Of a DNA stretch of 64,000 nt, positions 38,306-48,769 are shown piece by piece. The position numbers were made by a program, and so were the translations under genes. The notes beneath the pieces were generated by a model. That model was not told the origin of the DNA. It did no database searches and saw only the letters and a list, made by a program, of their open reading frames with translations. Source of the DNA: Bryobacterales bacterium (lineage in GTDB: Bacteria; Acidobacteriota; Terriglobia; Bryobacterales; Bryobacteraceae); contig CAVXEM010000004.1 in assembly GCA_963760575.1 (NCBI GenBank), forward strand, positions 8,299 through 72,298. Direction: 5' to 3'. Each line of letters starts with the position of its first letter. The stretch's first letter is position 1.

Positions 38306-38683
38306 ATGATGGACAGGCGTATAGAACCCCGGTTACTTTGTGCGGATCTGGTGGACGTCCAGTGGAAGGACCAAACCGGCCGTGTCCGGCGCAGTGTGGC
38401 CAACCTCGAAGACATCTCGCTGTCAGGCGCCTGTCTGCAAGTGGAACGCCCGGTTCCGCTGGGGACTCCCTACCGCATCACCTATCCGAAGGGCGTGCTC
38501 TCCGGCAAAGTGAAGTACTGCGTGTTTCGCGAAATCGGCTACTTCCTGGGCATCGAATTTGAAGCCGGCAGCCGTTGGTCGCGCAACGATTTCCGCCCGC
38601 AGCATCTGCTCGACCCGCGCCGCCTGGTCAACCGCGCCGCCAACCGCACCAAAGAAGACGCCGCGCCCGAATCCGCCGCTTAG
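38306..38683 (+). CDS. PilZ domain protein
   Basis: The RRIEPR ... DISLSGACL pattern matches the c-di-GMP-binding RxxxR / D.S.GG motifs of PilZ. Confidence 0.7.
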   Translation: MMDRRIEPRLLCADLVDVQWKDQTGRVRRSVANLEDISLSGACLQVERPVPLGTPYRITYPKGVLSGKVKYCVFREIGYFLGIEFEAGSRWSRNDFRPQHLLDPRRLVNRAANRTKEDAAPESAA

Positions 38684-38810
38684 GCGCCTTCTTCTCCTCC
38701 GCTTGCTCTGCTTTTTTCGAACCTGCGCCGAAGATAATCCCGAGCGAATAACCTACGCAGCCCAACCACGGATACGTGAACAACATAACAGCCCACCATG
38801 CTTCTCCTTC

Positions 38811-39146
38811 TTAGGGTAAACAGTCTGAAGCTCGCGCAAACATCGCGTTGTGAACCGATGAAAAAGCCGCTACTACCAAGAAGCTCGGCAAAAGCCAGAC
38901 CCACCGTCCCGACGAGGCAATACGTGGCCTGAACCCCTGAACCAGAAGACCACACAAAAGAGCGGGTCCGAAGCCGAGGGTAATAATACACAGCGCTTCG
39001 GCTAGGTTTCCACCGCTGGCACTACTCAGTCCGGCAGGAACTTCGACGGTAACCAAGGCTGAAAACAAAGAAGCGATGCAGACTCCCACCTGCTGGAACG
39101 CAAATGATAGGAACGATCCTCCCTCGTCAATTTCCGTTTCAAACAT
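38811..39146 (-). CDS. Hypothetical small membrane protein (uncertain)
   Basis: 111 aa and hydrophobic, in a locally AT-richer stretch. It ends at a TAA that is followed, in the same frame, by another TM-like segment (see findings). Confidence 0.3.
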   Translation of the reverse strand: MFETEIDEGGSFLSFAFQQVGVCIASLFSALVTVEVPAGLSSASGGNLAEALCIITLGFGPALLCGLLVQGFRPRIASSGRWVWLLPSFLVVAAFSSVHNAMFARASDCLP

Positions 39147-39157
39147 CTTTCTTGGGC

Positions 39158-40543
39158 TTACTTCCTCGCCGCAACCTCGTCACCGCGCCAACTGAACTCC
39201 ACAAATTTGTAGAGCGACGATTCCTCCAGGCGCTCGACGTCGCTGTGCCAGCTATAGCTCGTGCGATCAAGGTCCGACACTGGCGGATCGATCCCATAGC
39301 ATTGCACCCCCTTCGCGCGCAGTTGGGCGCAGTCGGTAGCGGCGGTGAGCATCACCGGCAGCGTGGTCGAGCCAGGATACAACCGCTTGCTCACGGCTTC
39401 GAGCGCGTGGAACATCTCGTTGTCGATCCGCGATGGCGGCGTGGGAACGCGGTTGCCCGACGGAATCCGCTCGATGTGTACGGCCGGGTCGCCTACGATG
39501 CGCGCCATCTCTTCGGAAAACTTGGCGAGGTCTTCATCCGGCAGCACCCGGACGTCGATGTTGGCTTCCGCCTCGGAGGGGATCACGTTGGTCTGGAAAC
39601 CGGCCTTCAGGACCGTCGGCGTGACAGAAGTGCGCAGCATCGAGTAATGTTCGGGTTCGTTCTCTGCCAGATAGCGCTGGATGGCGGCGGACTTCTGCGG
39701 GTCCGTCAGGCCGTTATAGCGGGCGGCCTTTTCAGGCGGACTGATGGTGGCCAGGCGCTCGAAGTAGGTGCGGGTGGTATCGTTTAGCCGCATGGGAGTC
39801 TCCCAGGCGCCCAGCTTCGCCACCGCCGTCGAGAGGTGCACCACCGCGTTATCCACGCGCGGGATGGACCCGTGGCCCGACGTACCGTCAACTACCAAAC
39901 GAACCCAGCGCGGCACCTTCTCGGCTGTCGCGACCTGGACTGCGGTCACTCGACCATTCTCCAGGCGGGTCCGGCCGCCCTCGTTGAGAGCAAACTCGGC
40001 GTCGATCTCGCTAAAGTGCTCATTCACCATGAAATCGATGCCCAGGCTCGTGGTTTCTTCGCCCGCTTCGGCTAGGAAGATGACGTCGCGGTCGAGCGCG
40101 ACGCCGCTGCGCTTCAGCAGCAGCATGACCATCAGGTCGGCAGTCAGCTTGTCCTTGTCATCCGAGGTGCCGCGGCCCCATACGTAGCCGTCCTTGAGGA
40201 TCGCGCCAAAGGGGTCAACCGGCCACTTGGGGCGCTGCACGCCGACGACATCGGTGTGCGCCATGAGCAGGATGGGGCGCTTCGTGCCGTTGCCTTTCAG
40301 GCGAGCCACCAGGTTGGCTCGTGACGGTTCGGAGGCGAAGGTTTTGGTAGCGATCCCCTCAGCTTCGAGGACCTGCTTCAGGTAATCGACAGCTTTGGTT
40401 TCGTTGCCGGGCGGGTTAGACGTGTCGATCTGCACCAGGGCACGGTAATGCCGCAGCGTCTCGGCCTTCTGCTGGTCCCAGTTGATCGCGGGTGTCTGCG
40501 CAAACGCGGTTGCGGCAAATACGGTCAGTATGATGCTCTTCAT
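39158..40543 (-). CDS. Exported M20-family metallopeptidase
   Basis: Signal peptide MKSIILTVFAATAFAQ. Motifs: ...LLMAHTDVVG...WGRGTSDDK...FLAEAGEE.... Confidence 0.85.
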   Translation of the reverse strand: MKSIILTVFAATAFAQTPAINWDQQKAETLRHYRALVQIDTSNPPGNETKAVDYLKQVLEAEGIATKTFASEPSRANLVARLKGNGTKRPILLMAHTDVVGVQRPKWPVDPFGAILKDGYVWGRGTSDDKDKLTADLMVMLLLKRSGVALDRDVIFLAEAGEETTSLGIDFMVNEHFSEIDAEFALNEGGRTRLENGRVTAVQVATAEKVPRWVRLVVDGTSGHGSIPRVDNAVVHLSTAVAKLGAWETPMRLNDTTRTYFERLATISPPEKAARYNGLTDPQKSAAIQRYLAENEPEHYSMLRTSVTPTVLKAGFQTNVIPSEAEANIDVRVLPDEDLAKFSEEMARIVGDPAVHIERIPSGNRVPTPPSRIDNEMFHALEAVSKRLYPGSTTLPVMLTAATDCAQLRAKGVQCYGIDPPVSDLDRTSYSWHSDVERLEESSLYKFVEFSWRGDEVAARK

Positions 40544-41933
40544 TTTTTGCTCGCGGCGACTTCGGTGACCGCATTCCAGGTGAACTCCACGAAGTTGTAC
40601 AGCGACGATTCGACCAAACGCTCGACGTCGCCGTGTGCGCCGAAGTTGGCGTTATCCTCTTCACTCGAATAGGGGCCGATGCCGTAGCTTTGGACACCCT
40701 TGTTCCGCAATTGCGCTTTGTCGCTGGCCCCCGTCGACATCGTAGGGAGCACCGTCGAGCCGGGATACATCTTGTGGCTCACTTGCTCCAATATCCGGTA
40801 CATTTCGGTATCGAGGCTCGACGCCGGCGAGAAGGGGCGTATCGCTGGCAGCGGCACGATCTTCACTTCCGGATCGCCGATCACCTTTTGCATTTCGCTA
40901 TAGAACTGCGAAATGTTTTCATCGGGCAGGGCGCGGATGTCGAGTGTCGCCTCGGCTTCCGACGGAATCACGTTAGGGCCGACCCCGGCTTTCATCATGG
41001 TGGGCACCACCGAGGTACGCAGCATGGAGTAACGTCCAGGCTCGTGCTGGCCGCCAGATAGCGCTGCGCGGCAGCGGCGCGCTGCGGGTTCAGCAGACTG
41101 TTGTAGCGCGCGGCCTGCTCAGGCGGGCTGATGGTGGCCAGCTTTTCGAAATAGGTCCGGGTGGTGTCGTTCAGGCGCATGGGCGTCTCCCACTTGCCCA
41201 CCTTCTCGACGGCGGCTCCCAGATGAATCAAAGCGTTGTCCAGGCGCGGGACGGAACCGTGTCCGGAAGTACCGTTGGCGACCAGGCGGACGCGCGCCGG
41301 GACCTTTTCAGCAGTTCCGATATTCACCACGCTGACGCGCTTCCCATCGAACGTGGAGCCGCCGCCTTCCGTGAGCGAAAACTCGGCGTCGATTTCATCG
41401 AAATGCTGATTCACCATGAAATTGATGCCGACTCCGGTGACGTCGGCTTCCTCGGCGGATTCAGCCAGAAAGATCACGTCGCGATCCAGAGGCACGCCAC
41501 TGCGTTTCAGCAGCAACATCACCATCAGATTGGCGGCCAGGATGGGCTTGTCGTCACGACTGCCGCGTCCCCAAATGTAACCGTCTTTCATGATGGCGCC
41601 AAAGGGATCCACCGGCCATTTCTCGCGCTGCACGCCCACCACGTCCGTATGCGCCAGGATCAGCAGCGGCCGCTTCGCGCCGTTGCCTTTCAGACGAGCC
41701 ACCAGGTTGGCACGGTTAGGGTCGAGCGCGAAGGTCTTGGTTGCGATGCCTTCGGATTCCAGTACCTTCTTCAAATACTCAACCGCCCTGGTTTCGTTTC
41801 CCGGCGGACTGGTGTCGATTTGCACCAAATCGCGGTAATGCTGGAGAATTTCAGCCTTTTGTTGGCCCCAATCGAGAGCGGGTTGGGCGAATGCGGCGGA
41901 AGCGCAGAGAGCGATCACGACGTATTTTTTCAA
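40540..41933 (-). pseudogene. Tandem paralog of the M20 metallopeptidase, split by a 1-nt deletion near 41043-41046
   Basis: The TTG at 41933 has a GGAG 8 nt upstream and gives LKKYVVIALCASAAFAQ. Motifs ...LILAHTDVVG...WGRGSRDDK...FLAESAEE.... After ...QRYLAAS the homology (EPGRYSMLRTSVVPT...) continues in another frame, matching ...QRYLAENEPEHYSMLRTSVTPT of the neighbour. The two track ORFs are 40995-42065 and 40540-41025. Confidence 0.8.
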
Positions 41934-42044
41934 GACAATGCTCCTATCAAAAGAGTAAGGCTGCGTGGCCGTTCGCCATAGTACCCTCTGCGCGGATGGT
42001 TCTATTCTTAGGCCCTGTTTTATCACATATACTGTAATCAGTTT

Positions 42045-42938
42045 ATGGCGTCGGCTGTCGACCACCTTAGCGAACAGCGAACCGCACCCCCATCCCGCCC
42101 CATGCCGTGGGCGGCCCTAGCATGGTTCACCGTGCTGCTGATCCTGGCTTACTTCCCGGTGGTCTCGCACTTAGTCGAACAGTGGAGCACCGATGAGGAT
42201 GTCGGCCATGGCTTCTTCGTGATCCCCGTGGCGGCCTTTATCGTGTGGCAGCGGCGCGAACAGATTCTGGCTCTCCATTACCATCCCGCCTGGTGGGGTT
42301 TGGGCGTGATGGCGTGGGCTGCAATTCAAGGTTATATAGGCACGCTGGGCGCCGAACTGTTCTTACAGCGCACTTCGCTCCTGATTGCTTTGGTGGGATT
42401 GCTGCTGGTGACCGGCGGTACGAAGCTGGTGCGGGAACTGGCGTTTCCCCTGCTGCTGCTGCCTTTCATGATTCCGATCCCGACGGTGGTTTATAACCAG
42501 ATCACTTTTCCGCTGCAGTTGTTCGCGAGCCAGGTGGCGGAGTTCAACCTGGGGATGGTTGGAATCCCCGTGCTCCGCGACGGCAACATCCTGGAACTGG
42601 CGAGCCAGAAACTTTCGGTGGTGGAGGCATGCAGCGGCATTCGTAGTCTGCTCTCGCTATCTTTCTTATCGTTGGTCTACGCATATTTCTTCGACAAGCG
42701 CGTGTGGATGCGCTGGGTGCTACTGGCCGCGACGATACCGGTGGCCATCGTCGCCAACGCAGGACGAGTCACCATTACGGGAATCCTGAGCGAAGTCAAT
42801 CCCGAGCTGGCGCGCGGCTTCTTTCACAGCCTGGAGGGTTGGATCATCTTCCTGATCGCCTTGGTTTTATTGGGTGGCCTGCACCTGCTGATTTGCCGTT
42901 TCACCAGAAAGAATCCCGCGGAGGCCGCCGTTGCTTAG
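42045..42938 (+). CDS. Exosortase (EpsH/Xrt family)
   Basis: Polytopic, with the signature ...LSVVEACSGIRSL... and ...IVANAGRVTITG.... Confidence 0.85.
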   Translation: MASAVDHLSEQRTAPPSRPMPWAALAWFTVLLILAYFPVVSHLVEQWSTDEDVGHGFFVIPVAAFIVWQRREQILALHYHPAWWGLGVMAWAAIQGYIGTLGAELFLQRTSLLIALVGLLLVTGGTKLVRELAFPLLLLPFMIPIPTVVYNQITFPLQLFASQVAEFNLGMVGIPVLRDGNILELASQKLSVVEACSGIRSLLSLSFLSLVYAYFFDKRVWMRWVLLAATIPVAIVANAGRVTITGILSEVNPELARGFFHSLEGWIIFLIALVLLGGLHLLICRFTRKNPAEAAVA

Positions 42939-43578
42939 ATTTTTGAAATCGCCGCCGATTATGGCCGCCACCCTTCTGATTGTTTTGCAGGGAGCGTTGA
43001 TCTATAGCGCAGTGCGTCCGGAAGCGATTCCGGCGGGGCGTCCCCTGTCTTCGCTACCGGCAACACTAGGTTCCTGGAAGTTCCTGCAGGAAGGCGTGGT
43101 CGATAATGACACCCGGGAAATATTGAAGGCGGACGATCTGCTAAACCGCTTTTACGGCTCAGGCACCACGGGTGCGAATCTGTTTGTGGCCGCGTTCCGC
43201 TCGCAGCGCAACGGGAAAGCTCCGCATTCTCCCAAGAACTGTCTTCCCGGCAGCGGTTGGACGCCGCTCAATTCGACCCAAGTTTCAATCGACGTCGGAC
43301 GCGCCACGCCGATCGTGGTCAACCAATATGTGGTGGCGCATGGCGACGACCGCAGCCTGGTGCTGTATTGGTATCAATCGCGCGACCGGGCCATCGCCAG
43401 CGAGTACACCGCGAAGTTCTGGGTAGTGGTGGATGCCATGCGCCTGAATCGCACCGACACGGCGCTGGTGCGTGTGGTGGTTCCTATCGTGAATCGCGAT
43501 GAAGACGCCGCCGCGAAATCGGCCACCGACTTTGTGAAAGCATTCTACGGGACATTGCGCGAATACCTGCCTTCCTGA
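42931..43578 (+). CDS. EpsI-family exosortase-associated protein
   Basis: The TTG start overlaps the exosortase stop. One N-terminal TM helix is followed by ...LGSWKF......D..........AD.LL.R.Y......LFVAAFRSQR.GKAPHSPKNCLPGSGW.... Confidence 0.7.
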   Translation: MLRFLKSPPIMAATLLIVLQGALIYSAVRPEAIPAGRPLSSLPATLGSWKFLQEGVVDNDTREILKADDLLNRFYGSGTTGANLFVAAFRSQRNGKAPHSPKNCLPGSGWTPLNSTQVSIDVGRATPIVVNQYVVAHGDDRSLVLYWYQSRDRAIASEYTAKFWVVVDAMRLNRTDTALVRVVVPIVNRDEDAAAKSATDFVKAFYGTLREYLPS

Positions 43579-43595
43579 AGTACACTCTGAGTGAA

Positions 43596-44975
43596 ATGTA
43601 CTTTCAGCAGTTCTACCTGACCTGCCTGTCGCACGCTTCTTACATGTTGGGATCGGAAGGCGTGGCCTGCGTGGTGGATCCGCAACGTGACGTGTCCATC
43701 TATCTGGACGAAGCCCGGGCGCAGGGTCTCAAAATCGAGCACATCATTGAGACTCATCTGCATGCCGATTTCGTGAGCGGACACGTGGAGCTGGCGGCCA
43801 AAACCGGCGCGCAAATCTATCTGGGCGCGGCGACGGATTCGCCCCTGCAGCACGTGGCGGTGCATGACGGCGACGAAATTCGCTTCGGGCGCGTGATTCT
43901 GAAATTCCTGGAGACGCCCGGACACACCGTGGAAAGCGTCTCGGTGGTGGTGACGGATCTGGATCGCGGCGAGAAACCTTGGGCCGTCCTCACGGGCGAT
44001 ACCTTGTTCATCGGCGACGTAGGGCGGCCCGACTTATCAGGCGATAAGACGCCGCAGGAGCTGGCGGCGATGCTGTACGACAGTCTGCACCAGAAACTAG
44101 TGCCGCTGGGCGACGACGTCGAAGTGTATCCGGCGCACGGGGCCGGGTCGCTATGCGGCAAGCAAATGCGGCCGGAGCGGCAGTCGACCATCGGCAAAGA
44201 GCGGGAGCTCAATTACGCGTTGCGGGCTTCGAGCAAAGAAGAGTTCGTAAGGCTGCTGACGGCGGATCTGCCCGACCGCCCGGAATACTTTGCGCAGGAC
44301 GCCGAGATCAACCGCACCGGCGCAATCCCCCTGGAATTTTTGTTGCCAATGGAGGCGCTGACACCGGCCCAGGTACTGGAGCGGCAGAAGGCCGGCGATA
44401 TCCTCTTAGATACCAGCCCCGCGATGGACTTCGGCAGCGGACACGTCCCGGGCTCGGTGAACATTCCCCTGGCCGGGCAGTTTGCAGGCTCGGCCGGAGC
44501 GCTGCTGGGTCTGGAGCATGACATCATCCTGATTGCCGAAGACCAAGCCGCGGTAGAAGAATCACGCACGCGCCTGGCGCGTGTGGGTTTTGAGCGCGTA
44601 GCCGGATACCTGGATGGCGGCATGCCGCGCTGGGTAGCCGACCACATGCCCACCGTGCAAATCATGCAAATAACGGCGGCGGAATTGAAGCGGGAACTGG
44701 ATAACGAGCCCGGCTCCATCCAGATCGTAGACGTTCGCCGCAAGCCGGAATGGGACCAAGGCCACATCGCGGGCGCCCTGCACAAGCCGCTAGACCGCGT
44801 CGCCAAAATGCTGGGGGATCTGGACCGCACAAAGCCAGTGGTAGTGCACTGCAAGGGCGGCTATCGCAGCGCCATTGCGTGTAGTCTGCTTCAGCGGGCG
44901 GGGTTTGAGAACGTCACGAACCTGATCGGCGGCTTGGATGCGTGGCAGGCGACGGGCTTGGCCGTAAGCGCCTAG
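43596..44975 (+). CDS. MBL-fold persulfide-dioxygenase-like domain fused to two rhodanese domains
   Basis: ...IIETHLHADFVSG...TPGHT...GDTLFIGDVGRPDL...YPAHGAGSLCG.... The rhodanese modules follow, with the active-site loop VVVHCKGGYRSA. Confidence 0.85.
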   Translation: MYFQQFYLTCLSHASYMLGSEGVACVVDPQRDVSIYLDEARAQGLKIEHIIETHLHADFVSGHVELAAKTGAQIYLGAATDSPLQHVAVHDGDEIRFGRVILKFLETPGHTVESVSVVVTDLDRGEKPWAVLTGDTLFIGDVGRPDLSGDKTPQELAAMLYDSLHQKLVPLGDDVEVYPAHGAGSLCGKQMRPERQSTIGKERELNYALRASSKEEFVRLLTADLPDRPEYFAQDAEINRTGAIPLEFLLPMEALTPAQVLERQKAGDILLDTSPAMDFGSGHVPGSVNIPLAGQFAGSAGALLGLEHDIILIAEDQAAVEESRTRLARVGFERVAGYLDGGMPRWVADHMPTVQIMQITAAELKRELDNEPGSIQIVDVRRKPEWDQGHIAGALHKPLDRVAKMLGDLDRTKPVVVHCKGGYRSAIACSLLQRAGFENVTNLIGGLDAWQATGLAVSA

Positions 44976-45649
44976 CCCTTACTCGCGGCCTTCGCCGAAG
45001 CACTCACCCCGGCTCTTCTAAGCTTGCGTTGTTGGCGCTGCCAGGCCAACAGCTCGCGGCGGCGGCGGGATTTCACGTGACTATCCACGCTGCCCCAGAA
45101 CTTGCGGAAATAATCGGCGGCGGAGACCAGCGCGAACAACACCACGGCCCACATCGCGATCAGCCCTAACTGGTCGAGCTGCGGCCAGCGGATTCCGGCA
45201 ATCACCAACGCAATCGCTACCACCTGCGCCACCATTTTGGTTTTCCCCAAGTCGCTCGCTTCGATGGTGTAGCCGCCTGCGGCGGCGATGGAGCGCAAGC
45301 CGGAGACCGCGAATTCGCGGCCGATGATCAGGATCACCATCCACGCCGGGACGCGGTGCACATCCACCAACGAAACCAGCGCGGCGGAGATCAGCAGCTT
45401 GTCTGCGATGGGGTCGAGCAAGGTTCCCACCGTAGTGATTTGCCCCCAACGCCGCGCCAGATAGCCGTCGAGCAAGTCGGTCGCGGCGGCGGCCAGGAAG
45501 ATCAATAGCGCGAAGGTCTCCCGCGTGATCGCCAGCGGTCCCGTCAAAGCGGCTAAATAGGGTTCGACGAATCCCCCTCCGAGTAGCGCTGCCACCAGCA
45601 GTGGTACGAAGAAAATCCGCAGAAGTGTAAGCAGATTCGGCCCGTTCAT
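44972..45649 (-). CDS. pgsA: CDP-diacylglycerol--glycerol-3-phosphate 3-phosphatidyltransferase
   Basis: ...PNLLTLLRIFFVPLL...AAATDLLDGYLARRWGQITTVGTLLDPIADKLL... is the CDP-alcohol phosphatidyltransferase motif. The C-terminal tail is basic. Confidence 0.85.
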   Translation of the reverse strand: MNGPNLLTLLRIFFVPLLVAALLGGGFVEPYLAALTGPLAITRETFALLIFLAAAATDLLDGYLARRWGQITTVGTLLDPIADKLLISAALVSLVDVHRVPAWMVILIIGREFAVSGLRSIAAAGGYTIEASDLGKTKMVAQVVAIALVIAGIRWPQLDQLGLIAMWAVVLFALVSAADYFRKFWGSVDSHVKSRRRRELLAWQRQQRKLRRAGVSASAKAASKG

Positions 45650-45669
45650 CCGTTGTTTCTCATGATAGC

Positions 45670-46986
45670 CTACGCCACCAGATATTTTGCCAGACGGCGG
45701 CGGATGGATTCGGGGGTCTCGGCCCGGATCACGCAGTCGTCGCCCGAGTAGCGCGTGGAGAGCACCCGCGCGCGCTCATGCAGCGTGTGAATCGGACCGC
45801 CCTCGCCGGCGGGGATGCGGAAGGTGCACTCGGTGACGGCGTCCAGCGCCAGCGTCTCGTCGATTTTCTTGAGCAACGCTTCAAAACCGGCGCCGGTGCG
45901 GGCCGAGATGGCGACGGCGCCGGCGGGCTGATGGTCAGGGTCCTCTAGAATGCGGCGGGCCAGCGATTGAGCGTCGGGCTCGCCGGGAATTTGATCGATC
46001 TTATTCAGCACCAGAATTTGCAGCGTGGTGTCGGCGCCGATCTCCTGGAGCGTGGCCATGACGTGCGCGGTGTGCTCGGCGGCTTCGGGCGAACTGGCGT
46101 CGACCACGTGCAATAGCAGCTCCGCTTCGATCACTTCTTCGAGCGTGGCGCGGAAGGCTTTCACCAGCGTGGTGGGTAGATTGCGAATGAAGCCGACGGT
46201 GTCGCTTACCAGCACGCGGCGGCGCGAAGGCAGCGTGATGTGGCGCACGGTGGGATCGAGCGTGGCGAACATCTTGGCGTCGGCCAGCACTTCGGCGCCG
46301 GTGAGCCGGTTGAACAGCGACGACTTGCCGGCGTTGGTGTAGCCTACTAGCGCGATGGTCGCGAGGGGCACGGCCTGCCGCTGTTGACGCTGCGTCGTGC
46401 GTCCCCCGCGTACGCGTTCGAGTCCGCGCTCGATGGCGTGGATGCGCTGGTGAATGCGGCGGCGGTCGGTTTCGAGTTTAGTTTCGCCGGGACCGCGCGA
46501 GCCGATACCGGCGCCGAGCCTGGACATGGCGGCTCCGTGTCCCGTCAAACGTGGCAGCAGGTAGTTCAACTGTGCGAGTTCCACTTGCAACTGGCCTTCC
46601 CGGGTGCGCGCGCGGCGCGCGAAGATGTCCAGGATCAATTGAGTGCGATCGAGCACCTTCACATCCAGCGCCTTTTCTAGATTGCGCTGCTGCGTAGGTG
46701 TCAGCTCCCGGTCGAAGATCACCACGTCCGCGCCGTGCAGGTGAATCAGCGCCTTCAGCTCATCTACTTTGCCGGAGCCCACCTGCGTTGCCGAATCTAC
46801 TTTAGGGCGCGATTGAATCTGCCTGTCGGCCACGCGCACTCCCGCCGTCGCGGCGAGCGATGCCAGTTCCGCCAGCGAATCCTCGGCGCTGGATTGCGCG
46901 GATTCGCCGCTGGGCGATTTGCGCTGCGCCCCGCGGCCCGTGAGGTTCAGGCCGACCAGGATCGCAACTTCTTCGACGTCTGACAA
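45670..46986 (-). CDS. hflX: GTPase HflX
   Basis: ...[35 protein letters not shown]...[11 protein letters not shown]...[13 protein letters not shown]...ATLDPT...DTVGFI...NKID. Confidence 0.9.
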   Translation of the reverse strand: MSDVEEVAILVGLNLTGRGAQRKSPSGESAQSSAEDSLAELASLAATAGVRVADRQIQSRPKVDSATQVGSGKVDELKALIHLHGADVVIFDRELTPTQQRNLEKALDVKVLDRTQLILDIFARRARTREGQLQVELAQLNYLLPRLTGHGAAMSRLGAGIGSRGPGETKLETDRRRIHQRIHAIERGLERVRGGRTTQRQQRQAVPLATIALVGYTNAGKSSLFNRLTGAEVLADAKMFATLDPTVRHITLPSRRRVLVSDTVGFIRNLPTTLVKAFRATLEEVIEAELLLHVVDASSPEAAEHTAHVMATLQEIGADTTLQILVLNKIDQIPGEPDAQSLARRILEDPDHQPAGAVAISARTGAGFEALLKKIDETLALDAVTECTFRIPAGEGGPIHTLHERARVLSTRYSGDDCVIRAETPESIRRRLAKYLVA

Positions 46987-46995
46987 GGCTAGCTT

Positions 46996-47286
46996 TTAAT
47001 GGTGCTCTTCGACGGCCGGAGCGCCGGGCGCAACGTGCGTGCCTACGCTAGCGGCGTTGGACTGCGGCGCCGAGTGATACGGCCGCGAAACCACCACCGT
47101 GGAAATTGCGTGCTTGAAGATAAGTTGTTCCTGACTATTGGTTTCAAGTACCACGGAGTACTTATCGAAGCTCTTAATACGGCCGGAAAGCTTCACGCCA
47201 CTCATCAGGTAAATAGTCAAAAACGTTTTGTCTTTGCGCGCATTGTTTAAAAATGCTTCTTGTATGTTTTGCGCTTGTTTTTCCAT
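46996..47286 (-). CDS. hfq: RNA chaperone Hfq
   Basis: ...[40 protein letters not shown]...[12 protein letters not shown] carries the Sm1/Sm2 motifs. It lies directly upstream of hflX. Confidence 0.92.
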   Translation of the reverse strand: MEKQAQNIQEAFLNNARKDKTFLTIYLMSGVKLSGRIKSFDKYSVVLETNSQEQLIFKHAISTVVVSRPYHSAPQSNAASVGTHVAPGAPAVEEHH

Positions 47287-47401
47287 GGAAAGATCCTCGG
47301 TTCACAATCTCACGGGACCCTGGTAAGCCACCCATCCAGGCGAACTTTATCCGTGCTCTTCATCATATCGTAATGCGCTCCTGCCTTATTCTGGGGTCAG
47401 G

Positions 47402-48769
47402 GTGATATTCGATCGGGTCCGCCAGCTAAACCAACCTGAAATGCGCGTGGGTGGACGCTACGTTCTGTATTGGGCGCAGATGAACCGGAGGGTGGAATCC
47501 AATCACGGGCTGGCCTACGCAGTGGAACTGGCGAATGGCTTGGGGTTGCCGGTGCTGTTTTACGAAGGGTTGACCTGCTCTTATCCCCACGCGAGCGACC
47601 GCTTTCATACGTTTCTGCTGGAGGGCGTGCCGGCGACGGCGCGGCGATTGAAGACGTTGGGCATCGGCTACGTGTTCCATCTGCGGCGACGCCGGACGGA
47701 TCCGAACGACGCGTTCTACCGGTTGGCCACGGAAGCCGCCGCCATGGTGACTGACGATTATCCGGTGTTCGTGGCTCGCGATCACAACCGCAGCGTTCCC
47801 GCCAAGCTGACGATTCCCTACTATGCGGTGGACTCCAGTTGCATCGTGCCGATGGGGCACTTCACCAAGCAGGAGTACGCGGCGTACACCATTCGGCCCA
47901 AGATAAGGAAGGTACTCGACGAGTGCCTCAAGCCCGTCGAGCTTCCACGCGTGAAGCGCCGCTTCACGGGTGCATTGCACGCATTGCACACAACCGTGGC
48001 CGAATCCAATATCGCTGAGTTGGTGGCGGCTTGCGAGATCGATCATTCGATTCCGCCTTCAACAGAGCGTCGCGGCGGCCGGGATGAGGCTGAGCGCCGC
48101 TTGCGTTATTTTCTGGAGAATAATTTGCGCCGTTACGCCAAGCTGAACCGGGAGCCATCGGCGCATGCGACTTCGGAACTCAGCCCTTATCTGCACTTCG
48201 GACATATTTCGTCGCTCGAAGTCGCTCTGGCCGTACGCGAGTACGCGGCAGAACACAAGCTAATCGCGGATGAATTTCTGGAGCAGTTAATTGTGCGCCG
48301 TGAGTTGGCTTTCAACTTCGCGCGCTTCTCGCCTTCACTCGATTCTTTAGATGCGCTGCCCAATTGGGCGCGGGCGACTCTGGCGAAGCACGCCGGTGAT
48401 CCGCGCGATCCCGTTTACACCTGCGACCAGTTTGAGCGCGCGGCAACCCACGATGCCCTGTGGAATGCCACGCAGACCGAGTTGCTCACACGCGGCGTCA
48501 TCCACGGCTACTATCGGATGTATTGGGGGAAGAAGATCCTGGAATGGTCGGCCACTCCCGAGGAAGCGCTGGCGACGATGATCTATCTGCACGACCGCTA
48601 CGCCTTGGATGGGCGCGATCCTAACACCTACACCAACATCCTTTGGTGCTTCGGTTTGCACGATCGCCCGTGGTCCGAGCGGAAGATTTTCGGGATGACA
48701 CGATATATGAATCTGGAGGGGATGAAGCGCAAGACCGACGTCGACGCTTACATTCGCGAAGTCGTATGA
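47402..48769 (+). CDS. phr: Class II CPD photolyase
   Basis: 455 aa containing ...YVLYWAQMNRRVESNHGLAYA...SELSPYLHFGHIS...LIVRRELAFNF...HGYYRMYWGKKILEW...DGRDPNTYTNILWCFGLHDRPW.ERKIFG..RYM.... Confidence 0.85.
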   Translation: MIFDRVRQLNQPEMRVGGRYVLYWAQMNRRVESNHGLAYAVELANGLGLPVLFYEGLTCSYPHASDRFHTFLLEGVPATARRLKTLGIGYVFHLRRRRTDPNDAFYRLATEAAAMVTDDYPVFVARDHNRSVPAKLTIPYYAVDSSCIVPMGHFTKQEYAAYTIRPKIRKVLDECLKPVELPRVKRRFTGALHALHTTVAESNIAELVAACEIDHSIPPSTERRGGRDEAERRLRYFLENNLRRYAKLNREPSAHATSELSPYLHFGHISSLEVALAVREYAAEHKLIADEFLEQLIVRRELAFNFARFSPSLDSLDALPNWARATLAKHAGDPRDPVYTCDQFERAATHDALWNATQTELLTRGVIHGYYRMYWGKKILEWSATPEEALATMIYLHDRYALDGRDPNTYTNILWCFGLHDRPWSERKIFGMTRYMNLEGMKRKTDVDAYIREVV

